Shown: positions 8,175 through 15,800 of the stretch, in pieces | Layout: each line of letters begins with the position of its first letter | Position numbering within the stretch: position 1 is the first letter of the stretch | From: Desulfosalsimonadaceae bacterium | GTDB taxonomy: Bacteria; Desulfobacterota; Desulfobacteria; Desulfobacterales; Desulfosalsimonadaceae | DNA length: 32,000 bases | Reading direction: 5' to 3' | Assembly (NCBI GenBank): GCA_049297455.1 | Contig: JBAQUK010000148.1 | Location: forward strand, 7,668 to 39,667 | Notes under the pieces: model-generated | The model's database searches: none | Told to the model about the DNA's origin: nothing | Seen by the model: only the letters and a program-made list of their open reading frames with translations | Program-made: the position numbers and the translations under genes

Positions 8175-8618
8175 TTATTCAATTAATTTCATACGAATCG
8201 CTTCCGCTCGCTTCCGATTGGCCCCCAAATCCGAATATCCGACCCGTGACGCGGACCGGACGTGAATGAGCGGCTCTTTTTCATCCATATAAAATTCCAC
8301 ATCGTCCACAAACCGAAATATCAGGGAAGTAAATTCCGCATGGATATAGTTTTCTTCCGATGTGACCACTTTTACCCGTTTTGCTGCGTGAAGGATGGAC
8401 AAGAGTTTCTGGTGTGCATCGGTTCTGGAGCCTTTGTAACGTATCGGCTCAACAAAATGAGAGGGGTCCGTCTCAAATGATGACACGCAATTGGGCGAGT
8501 CCGGACACGGCATAAGACGGTTGTTTTGCATACCGATTTTTGAACTGCCGCAGGCGCCGACAACTATCAGCAACCCGGCCATTGCCGGGAAAATAACCCC
8601 ATAAGCGAATATTTTCAT
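8175..8618 (-). CDS. DUF1499 family lipoprotein
   Basis: ORF 8175-8660, trimmed to ATG 8618 (MKIFAYGVIFPAMAGLLIVVGAC), with AGGAG upstream. Contains the PCPDSPNCVSS signature of DUF1499. Confidence 0.75.
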   Translation of the reverse strand: MKIFAYGVIFPAMAGLLIVVGACGSSKIGMQNNRLMPCPDSPNCVSSFETDPSHFVEPIRYKGSRTDAHQKLLSILHAAKRVKVVTSEENYIHAEFTSLIFRFVDDVEFYMDEKEPLIHVRSASRVGYSDLGANRKRAEAIRMKLIE

Positions 8619-8664
8619 GGATTGGACTCCTTTGCAGATGGGTTTCGGAGATAAATGCATTATA

Positions 8665-9225
8665 ATGGATTATACCTTGAAACTCTCCACATTTCATGAC
8701 AAACTGCAAGAAAAAAATAACCTGCCATCCATGCGGATTTATCCAGTTGCCATAATGACAAATAAGCACCGGGAAATTATCATCCCAAAAGAAGAGGCCG
8801 TATTCTGGCTGGATAAAGCCGGATGCTGGCGCAATGAAGGCGGAAAATTCCGCAATAAGAAAGTTATCGACTATTTCCATGCAGCCATCTCAAAAGACGA
8901 TGCCGGATATTTTGTCTCTCACGTCAGGGATGACATGCTGGAAAAGGTCTATTTCCGGTATGAAGACACTGCGCTGTTTGTTTTTGATATTCTATTGAAT
9001 GAAAACATTTCCCTGGTTCTGAATACCGGAAAACAGGTCCTGTTAGACCCCGACAGCCTCTATACCGGGGATGACAATCTGTATGCCTTTGAAAATAATG
9101 AGCCCATTAAGTTTTCCGAAAGGGCGATGATACGATTGTCGTCGTTCATCATAGAGAGAGACGGCTTGTTGTTTCTTGAGTGGAACGACAAATTTTTTAA
9201 AATTTCAGAAAAAAGGGAGACATGA
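8665..9225 (+). CDS. hypothetical protein, DUF1285-like
   Basis: ORF 8617-9225. The start is uncertain (ATG 8665 or 8731; neither has a clear SD). The central pattern FWLDKAGCWRNEGGKF.NKKVIDYFHAAISKDDAGYF........EKVYFRYEDT resembles the DUF1285 core (F.ID.DG.W...G..I....L..LF...L..D..G.Y). Confidence 0.5.
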   Translation: MDYTLKLSTFHDKLQEKNNLPSMRIYPVAIMTNKHREIIIPKEEAVFWLDKAGCWRNEGGKFRNKKVIDYFHAAISKDDAGYFVSHVRDDMLEKVYFRYEDTALFVFDILLNENISLVLNTGKQVLLDPDSLYTGDDNLYAFENNEPIKFSERAMIRLSSFIIERDGLLFLEWNDKFFKISEKRET

Positions 9226-9641
9226 TGAAAAATCAGGATTTTGAAGTGCGCGTCATGAATTATTTCGCAGAAAACACCAATCTCCAGAAATACTGGAACA
9301 TTGCCAAAGATTGCGCCAAGGAAATCTGCAACCTGCGATTTAACAATATCATCTCCGGCGAATTCGAAATGCCGACGCATGTCGATATGAAAAAAAAGGC
9401 AGCGGAACGGATTCCTTACGAATTTAACGCCTCAGATTTCATGCAGAACGGCCCCATTGACTTTTCCGGGCTGGATGAAAGCCGGACCACTGAAACCCTG
9501 CATAAAATCGAAAGCATCTATAAAAAATTCCATGAAGCACAAGCCATGGCTGTCGCCAGAGCAGCCATCAACCTGATCGAAAAACTGGCGACGAATGTGA
9601 GGGATGAAATCGACCAGGTGAAAAACAAATATTTATCGTAA
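9222..9641 (+). CDS. hypothetical protein (139 aa)
   Basis: ATGA overlap with the preceding gene suggests translational coupling. No family recognised. Confidence 0.45.
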   Translation: MMKNQDFEVRVMNYFAENTNLQKYWNIAKDCAKEICNLRFNNIISGEFEMPTHVDMKKKAAERIPYEFNASDFMQNGPIDFSGLDESRTTETLHKIESIYKKFHEAQAMAVARAAINLIEKLATNVRDEIDQVKNKYLS

Positions 9642-9655
9642 CAGGACGGTTACCT

Positions 9656-10342
9656 TTACACCACAACCAGCAGCGGCAGCCCCACCGCCCCGATGTCAAT
9701 AATAAAATGGCAGATCATGGCAGGCAGGATACTCCTGTTTGTCCGGGTGACCCACCCAAGGATCAGACCGTAAGCAGCGGCATTCAGAAAAAACACCGGC
9801 CCAATGATAAACAGATGGGGAAAGCCGTAAACCGCTGCCTGAATCAGGTTGGACCACTTCCATGATCCGGTCAGACGAATCAGGAGCTGAAACAGAACCA
9901 GCCGGAAGATCAATTCTTCGGACACAGCGTTTAAAAAACCGAGAGACATGGCCGGAAAGACGAACCCGATTCCCTTTAAAGCAAAATTACACGACAGATA
10001 GAGGTAGAGGCTATATCCGAAACTGATGGCAAGTCCGACCAGAAATGATGGGGAGAACCGGTTCCACCGAAAATAATTCCAAACCGGCCTGGACTTGTCG
10101 CTCACCCAGAAAACCGAACCCAGCGAAAAGACGGCAAACGGCAGGTAAACCGGAATCCTTCCCCAGGTTCCGGCGACTGTATCCGCGCCGTGAAACGGCC
10201 AGGGAATCAGTTTCCGGTCAAGCAGAAAGGCAGCGACTCCGGCAACCAGCGCCAGACTCAGCAGAAAACCCGTGACCCGGAAAAGCGCCGGACGCCCGTG
10301 TTTATTCCCGGAATTCTTCATTGGCAAAGTGTCTTTAAACAT
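9656..10342 (-). CDS. CPBP family intramembrane glutamic endopeptidase (CAAX protease-like)
   Basis: Polytopic membrane ORF with the three CPBP motifs: SEELIFR (EExxxR), YGFPH (FxxxH) and CHFIID (HxxxD/N). The start is uncertain: ATG 10342 overlaps the lgt-like stop by 8 nt; ATG 10321 and TTG 10387 are alternatives. Confidence 0.75.
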   Translation of the reverse strand: MFKDTLPMKNSGNKHGRPALFRVTGFLLSLALVAGVAAFLLDRKLIPWPFHGADTVAGTWGRIPVYLPFAVFSLGSVFWVSDKSRPVWNYFRWNRFSPSFLVGLAISFGYSLYLYLSCNFALKGIGFVFPAMSLGFLNAVSEELIFRLVLFQLLIRLTGSWKWSNLIQAAVYGFPHLFIIGPVFFLNAAAYGLILGWVTRTNRSILPAMICHFIIDIGAVGLPLLVVV

Positions 10343-11123
10343 GGCGGGAACGGAAAAAGATAACGACCAGCATAAAAAACCCCGCAAGCATAAAAAACAT
10401 CATGCCCCACTGGGCCAGGGTCATGCCGAAGCCCACCACCCGCTCGTCGCGGATGGTTTCGAGTGCCATGCGGATAGCGCCATATCCGATCAGATACAGG
10501 GCCGTCACCCGGCCGCCCTGTATTTCCCTTTGCCGTGTCGTGTAGATATCCCGGTATTGCCCCCGCAAAAAATGGAATAACAGTAAATTGAGCAGGACTT
10601 CATACAGGGGAACCGGATTGTGAAATGAAAATTCCCTGCCCAGGCAGGCAAGCGTGACCGGATTTCCCCAGCAGCAGCCCACCAGAAAACACCCGAATCT
10701 TCCGATGGCATGTCCCAGCGGGAGATAGAGGAAAATCGTGTCCGCCACAAGCAGCCGGTTCAACCGGAAGACCGCCGCCATGGCGAGGAGAAACGCCAGG
10801 GGCAGGATCAGGGCCGCATGAAATGTCTGGTGGGGGCCGGAAAGGAATTGTTCCCGAAAAAAGGGAAAATTCCAGGTTTCGGGAGGAAAATAGAACATAT
10901 TGGCGGCCTGGGAGCCGATCAACCCTAAGGGAAACGCCATAACGCCGGACAAGACGACAAAAGCCCGCAGCCGGTATGAATCATAACCGGCCCGGGCAAT
11001 TTGTTTGAAAAAAAGCACCGCTGCCACCGTGATCCCCGTCAGAATCAGCCCGAAATAAATCCCGTTTAACAGGATTCCCAGGGCCGGGAACCGGATATAT
11101 GGGAAAAGCAACGGATACAGCAT
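10335..11123 (-). CDS. prolipoprotein diacylglyceryl transferase (Lgt) family protein, Cys-variant motif
   Basis: ORF 10335-11240, trimmed to ATG 11123 (MLYPLLFPY), 7 nt after the ceramidase stop. Polytopic membrane protein with LPLGHAIGRFGCFLVGCCWG and PVPLYE blocks. The canonical Lgt motif is GR(I/W)GNF.N.E..G; here the Asn/Glu positions are replaced by Cys. Confidence 0.7.
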   Translation of the reverse strand: MLYPLLFPYIRFPALGILLNGIYFGLILTGITVAAVLFFKQIARAGYDSYRLRAFVVLSGVMAFPLGLIGSQAANMFYFPPETWNFPFFREQFLSGPHQTFHAALILPLAFLLAMAAVFRLNRLLVADTIFLYLPLGHAIGRFGCFLVGCCWGNPVTLACLGREFSFHNPVPLYEVLLNLLLFHFLRGQYRDIYTTRQREIQGGRVTALYLIGYGAIRMALETIRDERVVGFGMTLAQWGMMFFMLAGFFMLVVIFFRSRHV

Positions 11124-11130
11124 AAATCCG

Positions 11131-13254
11131 TCAGTTGACCGTAAACACTCTGGATGCGCCCTCATACGGGGTAATCGCGCCGGTCCATCCGGACTTCCAG
11201 TTGCCGAAATGACGGATCCGGTATTGGCCGGGCGCGGCATTGGCCGGAATGGTCCAGGAAATCGTGACCTTGGAATTGGCGATCCCGCTCCGAGCCCACC
11301 GATACACGGTTTCCGGATCCCAGTCCCGGGCCACCGCCGTATATCCGGTCACCTTATTTTCACAAATCGTCACAGTATCGCACCCGACTTTTTCATTTCG
11401 ACAGACTTCCGTGGTATTGACTTTTTCCACTGTTAAAAATGTGCCCTGAAGCCGCAGATCATTTCTGGGATGTGCACCCCAGAACACGACGCGGACCGTG
11501 GCTCCCCGGTTGTAACAGGCTCCCGCGTCCGTCTCAATGCTTCCGAATTCCTTACCCAGCGGTTTGTCGTCAAACACCACCCCGAGCACATTCAGGATCT
11601 GATCGTCGCTGATATCCCTTGGCATGGGACCGGCGGCTGTCGCCCTGCCAGCCGCCATGTCCGATGCAAGGCCCGCAAATCGCTGCTGATAGGCATTCAG
11701 CGAATAGGGGCCGAAATGGGTGGATGCGCCTTCATAATGCTGCACGGCATATTCTTCCCGGGTCGCCGTATATCCGGCATAGGCATTGGAAAGCCCGGCG
11801 ACCACCACATGATCTGCTGTTCCGTCCAAAGCGTTCAGCACGGTTTCCTGGAGCCTGCGGCCCGCCATGGTGGTGATTTCCGTGGGCTGGCCGATGATGG
11901 CCAGATTTCCGATTTTCAGAATCTGAACCGGCAGCACTTCCGGGCTCAGGGGAATGCCCTGGGGCCGGATGCTTCCCATGGGCAGAACAATGGGCTTTTC
12001 CGCATGGCAGGCCTGGGTTTCGGGCATAATGGTGAATTCCCAGGGGAACACGCTGCCCAGGATGGAAATATCATAAGGATAGGTGATGCCTTCCCCGATA
12101 TCAATGCCTTTGCCGTCTTCAGTGGAACCCGCCAGCATGGACACGCCGATGGCGGCGATGCAGGTATGACCCGGGCCGGCGCCTTCGGGCATAAAGGCGC
12201 TGTCGATGGTTTCATTTGAAAAATCAACATATTGATGACGATAATCCACGCCGCCGGTGAGCCGTTCGGAAGCGGTATTGAACAGTTCCATGGCTTTCAT
12301 GTACTGGCGCTCGCCCAGAAGTTTCATATGAGCGGCGTCATCCACCCCATTGGGATACCCCCAGTAAATGTTGGGCGACACATCCCCGGCATTGCTTTCT
12401 GCAAACGCAGCCACAAATGTATTGGCGGACTGATAATCCGTTCCCATGACTTTTTCGAACAGATAGGCGGCATATCCTTTATTATCCCCGGTAATCAGCT
12501 TGTTGGTGTTGCCCATGCTGGTGGGATGAACCGCAAACCAGTTGACGGCGCCGATTTCCCGGCCGGTGGCGGTCACGAATCTGAGAAGGGTCATGGTTTT
12601 GTCGGTATCGGACCCGTAGCGGCTGATTTCATCCGCCGGATTGTTGTTATAGGCCATTGGTGACCGGTTCCATCCGCAATTGTTCAGTTGTCCGCTCTTA
12701 ATGAGTATGTTTCCCGGTGTCAGATTGCCGTGGGCCCGCGCGATGGCTTGAAAAATACCATTTGCCACACAATTGAAATTCGTTTCATCATACCCGAGCA
12801 TGGAAAGATCATACATGGCGTAATGGGAATACGCACCCGGCGCGCTGTGGGTGTGGCTGGCGCTGACCATCACATTTTGATCCGTATATAATAATGTGCC
12901 GAACCGGGCGGCCAGAAGCGCAACCACCCGCTGCTTGACGCCCTGGGGAATAATGCCGGTATCCGCAACCACGAGCGCCACCCGCCGACTGCTTGCCGGG
13001 TCCACCACCACAAACGCCCGGGCCCGAATCCGCATGCTGATGCCTTCGGTTTTCTGGTCGGGCATGGAATATCCCATCATGCCCAGCTCCGCAGCCGGGC
13101 CGGTAATGTCATAAATACCTGTTCCAATTAAAAAATCAGTATCAACAGCACCGGCGGAACCACTAAAAAACATGCCACCGGCGAAAACCAGCGCCAGAAC
13201 CATCTGAAAAACCCTGACAACCCGCAAACAAAACTTTTTTTCGGACGTCATCAT
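11131..13254 (-). CDS. neutral/alkaline non-lysosomal ceramidase, secreted
   Basis: ORF 11131-13401, trimmed to ATG 13254 (MMTSEKKFCLRVVRVFQMVLALVFAGG..SAGA signal peptide), with GGGGAGGG upstream. Family landmarks: IGTGIYDITGPAAELGMMGY, GISMRIRARAFVV and SASHTHSAPG, plus a C-terminal beta domain. Confidence 0.85.
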   Translation of the reverse strand: MMTSEKKFCLRVVRVFQMVLALVFAGGMFFSGSAGAVDTDFLIGTGIYDITGPAAELGMMGYSMPDQKTEGISMRIRARAFVVVDPASSRRVALVVADTGIIPQGVKQRVVALLAARFGTLLYTDQNVMVSASHTHSAPGAYSHYAMYDLSMLGYDETNFNCVANGIFQAIARAHGNLTPGNILIKSGQLNNCGWNRSPMAYNNNPADEISRYGSDTDKTMTLLRFVTATGREIGAVNWFAVHPTSMGNTNKLITGDNKGYAAYLFEKVMGTDYQSANTFVAAFAESNAGDVSPNIYWGYPNGVDDAAHMKLLGERQYMKAMELFNTASERLTGGVDYRHQYVDFSNETIDSAFMPEGAGPGHTCIAAIGVSMLAGSTEDGKGIDIGEGITYPYDISILGSVFPWEFTIMPETQACHAEKPIVLPMGSIRPQGIPLSPEVLPVQILKIGNLAIIGQPTEITTMAGRRLQETVLNALDGTADHVVVAGLSNAYAGYTATREEYAVQHYEGASTHFGPYSLNAYQQRFAGLASDMAAGRATAAGPMPRDISDDQILNVLGVVFDDKPLGKEFGSIETDAGACYNRGATVRVVFWGAHPRNDLRLQGTFLTVEKVNTTEVCRNEKVGCDTVTICENKVTGYTAVARDWDPETVYRWARSGIANSKVTISWTIPANAAPGQYRIRHFGNWKSGWTGAITPYEGASRVFTVN

Positions 13255-13382
13255 CGCACCCTCCCCTTTAAAAATTCGGAATCCTTCACCCTTAGCCTGG
13301 CATTGCGTTTTTACAAGTGAACCCTGTTCATACAGTTGCGATAAAAAAAAGCGCACCCGTTCATCGATCCGCCGGTTCACTG

Positions 13383-13408
13383 ATTTTGAGTGAGCGCTCA
13401 CTCAAAAT
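13383..13408. promoter_or_regulatory. 26-bp perfect palindrome, probable TetR-family operator over the ceramidase-operon promoter
   Basis: ATTTTGAGTGAGC|GCTCACTCAAAAT, about 130 nt upstream of the ceramidase start. On the minus strand a TTGACA box (13428-13433) lies 17-18 nt upstream of a weak -10 (about 13404-13410) that falls inside the palindrome. Confidence 0.5.
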
Positions 13409-13489
13409 TGCCACAATCGATTTCGCCTGTCAAGAAAAATGTACGGCTTCCGGGTTACAACCAAAACTATCGGAAATACATAAATTTTA

Positions 13490-13523
13490 TTGACAGCCGC
13501 GGCATTAAATGAGTAATCACTCA
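13490..13523 (+). promoter_or_regulatory. putative sigma70-type promoter of tetR with an overlapping second operator
   Basis: TTGACA (13490-13495), 16-nt spacer, AGTAAT (13512-13517). The inverted repeat TGAGTAA|TCACTCA (13510-13523) shares the TGAGT.A / TCACTCA half-site with the 26-bp palindrome. Confidence 0.45.
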
Positions 13524-13585
13524 CACAGAAACCAATGACAATCCCTTACAACCAACGACGTATTGAAATGACGAGTTGACTATAC

Positions 13586-14278
13586 ATGACGAACCTTCAG
13601 GAAGCCCCCACCACCTATTTTATAGAAAAGCATTACAAAGACGCGTTTGACAGAATCGGCAAAGACAAACAACAGCGCATCCTTGACGCGGCCATTGCGG
13701 AATTTGCGGCCCTTGGTTTTATCGCCGCCAACATCAACGTCATCGCCAAAAACGCCGGGATCAGCATCGGCTCCATGTATAATTATTTTGAATCCAAGGA
13801 ACGCCTGTTTCTGACCATCGTGGATCACGGATACGCGGTACTCGAAAAAGTGATATCCAGCGTGGACCTGACCAAAGGCGACATTTTTGATAAACTGGAA
13901 ATGATGCTGCGGCTGGCCCAGGATTATTCCCGGCAGTATCCCGAACTCAGCCAGATTTACCTGGACCTGACTTCCGGGGGCCTGGCCCATTTGTCGAAAA
14001 CCGTTTCCAGGCAAATGGAAAGCATTACCGCGGATTTTTATCAAACCATGATGGCTGATGCCAAAAAAGCGGGCATTATGGCATCGGATCTGGATGAACG
14101 GGTCACCGCCTTCTGCCTGGACAACCTGATGGTGATGCTTCAGTTTTCCGCCACATCGGCGTATTATAAGGAGCGGCTGAAAATTTTCGCCGGAGAAGAT
14201 GCCGTAGATGATGAAAAAATCATTCAGGGCATGATGCGATTTATCCGCAGGGCTCTGGCGCCGCAGCCTCAGGCATGA
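13586..14278 (+). CDS. TetR/AcrR family transcriptional regulator
   Basis: N-terminal HTH ILDAAIAEFAALGFIAANINVIAKNAGISIGSMYNYFESKERLFLTIV. 230 aa. Confidence 0.9.
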   Translation: MTNLQEAPTTYFIEKHYKDAFDRIGKDKQQRILDAAIAEFAALGFIAANINVIAKNAGISIGSMYNYFESKERLFLTIVDHGYAVLEKVISSVDLTKGDIFDKLEMMLRLAQDYSRQYPELSQIYLDLTSGGLAHLSKTVSRQMESITADFYQTMMADAKKAGIMASDLDERVTAFCLDNLMVMLQFSATSAYYKERLKIFAGEDAVDDEKIIQGMMRFIRRALAPQPQA

Positions 14279-14303
14279 AATTAATCGGACGGGAAACTTT
14301 ACA

Positions 14304-14396
14304 ATGAAAAACACATCAACAACCAATTTATTATCCGACCCGTCGGCCCTGCAACCGCTGATTCCGGCAAGCCCCGCTTCGGTTCCCGGCTGCTGA
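14304..14396 (+). other. 30-codon ATG ORF ending in TGA, in frame with hgcA (upstream ORF or Sec-containing N-terminal extension)
   Basis: Reads MKNTSTTNLLSDPSALQPLIPASPASVPGC, then TGA at 14394-14396. GGGAAA lies 7 nt upstream of the ATG, which is 25 nt after the tetR stop. It is in the same frame as GTG 14448, with no stop and no start codon in between. Confidence 0.35.
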
Positions 14397-14414
14397 GCGC
14401 AGGCGACCGAAACA

Positions 14415-14430
14415 CGGGAAGGCTTTCCCG
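14415..14430 (+). other. GC-rich hairpin 18 nt downstream of the in-frame TGA (candidate bacterial SECIS apical stem-loop)
   Basis: CGGGAA-GGCT-TTCCCG: 6-bp perfect stem with tetraloop GGCU. The structure is visible in the sequence; the function is inferred only. Confidence 0.3.
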
Positions 14431-14447
14431 GATTAAACCAGCCGTTT

Positions 14448-15485
14448 GTGATCGGCAGTATGCCGTTTGAGGATCAAAAAATTCCCCAGGTAGGCCCCCG
14501 GCTCACCCGCATGGATCGCTTGGGCGCCATCAAAGTCCGCTGGGGCATCGGCCGGATGAATTACAGAATCGATCCGGGTCTTTACGCCTTTGGAAACCCG
14601 GACAACCGGTCGGATGTTTTGGTGACCGCCAATTACAAATTGAGTTTTGACAGCCTGCGCAGCGCCCTGCCCCGGCACAATGCATGGATTCTGGTTCTGG
14701 ATACCGACGCCGTTAATGTCTGGTGCGCGGCGGGAAAAGGCGCTTTCGGCACCGCAGAACTTGTCCGCAGAATCGCATCCAGCCGTCTTCCGGAACTGGT
14801 TTCCCACCGGCGGCTGATTGTCCCGCAACTGGGAGCGTCCGGCATTGCAGCCCATCTGGTAAAAAAACAAACCGGCTTTGAGGTCATTTACGGCCCGATC
14901 CTGTCCATTGATCTGCCGGAATTTATCACGTCCGGATACAAGGCCGCACCCTTCATGCGCACAAAACGGTTTCCGTTTTGGGAACGCGCGGTCCTGATTC
15001 CCATGGAGCTGATTCCGGCCCTCAAATGGGCACTGCTTCTCATCTGCCTCATGGTCATTACGGGCGGATTCGGCGGACCGAAAACTTTCTTTCAAAATAC
15101 AGTGACTAACAGCGTCTTTGCAGCCATGATGCTGACCGGCGGATTGTTCGCAGGAGCTGCGCTGACGCCGGCGATGCTCCCCCTGCTGCCGGGAAAAGCC
15201 TTTGCGTTCAAAGGAATGGCAGCCGGACTGATGACATCCGCCGTTATCGTTCTTTTGTTTCTGATGGGATCATGGCCTTTTCCGGGAATCCTGCCGGCCA
15301 TGGGCGCGGTTCTCCTGTCAACGGGGTTTGCTTCTTTTCTCGGGATGAACTTTACCGGTGCGTCAACCTATACGTCGCTGTCCGGCGTCCGAAAAGAAAT
15401 GAGAACAGCCGTTCCGCTCCAGATACTGGCCGGTATCGCCGGATTGCTGCTATGGGTGGCGTCACTCTTTTCAAAACTGACATAA
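14448..15485 (+). CDS. hgcA: mercury methylation corrinoid protein HgcA
   Basis: Contains the diagnostic cap-helix motif NVWCAAGKG within VLVTANYKLSFDSLR...WILVLDT..VNVWCAAGKGAFGT.ELV.RI, followed by a C-terminal multi-TM domain. Coordinates are the conservative GTG start from the ORF track; a possible extension to ATG 14304 through the TGA is discussed in findings. Confidence 0.9.
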   Translation: MIGSMPFEDQKIPQVGPRLTRMDRLGAIKVRWGIGRMNYRIDPGLYAFGNPDNRSDVLVTANYKLSFDSLRSALPRHNAWILVLDTDAVNVWCAAGKGAFGTAELVRRIASSRLPELVSHRRLIVPQLGASGIAAHLVKKQTGFEVIYGPILSIDLPEFITSGYKAAPFMRTKRFPFWERAVLIPMELIPALKWALLLICLMVITGGFGGPKTFFQNTVTNSVFAAMMLTGGLFAGAALTPAMLPLLPGKAFAFKGMAAGLMTSAVIVLLFLMGSWPFPGILPAMGAVLLSTGFASFLGMNFTGASTYTSLSGVRKEMRTAVPLQILAGIAGLLLWVASLFSKLT

Positions 15486-15497
15486 GGTGAATTCCTG

Positions 15498-15800
15498 GTG
15501 TTAAACAACCCGGTTTATCTGAAAAATGTCGTTACGCTTAAGCTCGATACCGATCGGTGTATCGGCTGCGGATTGTGCACAATTGTTTGCCCGCATACGG
15601 TTTTTGAATTAAAATCCCGCAAAGCCGTCATCATCAGTCGGGATGCCTGTATGGAATGCGGAGCTTGCAAAATGAACTGCCCGACAGGTGCAATTCATGT
15701 GAAATCCGGCGTGGGATGCGCGGCAGCCGTCATCAACACCGCTCTGGGACGCAGCAGCGGGTCCTGCTGCTGCGTCATCGAAGAAGAAAATGAATACTAA
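15498..15800 (+). CDS. hgcB: mercury methylation ferredoxin HgcB
   Basis: GTG start with AAGGTGA 7 nt upstream. Two CxxCxxCxxxCP 4Fe-4S motifs (CIGCGLCTIVCP, CMECGACKMNCP) and a C-terminal vicinal Cys cluster (SGSCCCV). Lies immediately after hgcA. Confidence 0.9.
   Translation: MLNNPVYLKNVVTLKLDTDRCIGCGLCTIVCPHTVFELKSRKAVIISRDACMECGACKMNCPTGAIHVKSGVGCAAAVINTALGRSSGSCCCVIEEENEY

Noticed and set aside
13255-13401. N-terminal extension of the ceramidase ORF back to 13401. Similar extensions occur for the acylase (to 7681), the lgt-like gene (to 11240), mmdA (from 19510) and others.
   Set aside because: The internal ATGs are preceded by strong SD sites and followed directly by signal peptides or family-typical N-termini. 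The ceramidase extension would also run through the palindromic operator.
13580-14326. 248-aa ORF on the minus strand exactly antisense to tetR
   Set aside because: It shadows a clearly real TetR gene with a textbook HTH. It has low-complexity, His/Gly/Phe-rich, non-protein-like sequence and no SD. Long stop-free antisense frames are a common by-product of codon bias.
14394-14396. The TGA as evidence that hgcA is a nonsense-mutated pseudogene
   Set aside because: Everything from 14448 onward is an intact, full-length HgcA. The cap-helix Cys falls at residue 93 and the TM domain is complete, followed by an intact hgcB. The TGA lies upstream of the conserved region, so the realistic alternatives are an upstream ORF or Sec decoding, not gene decay.
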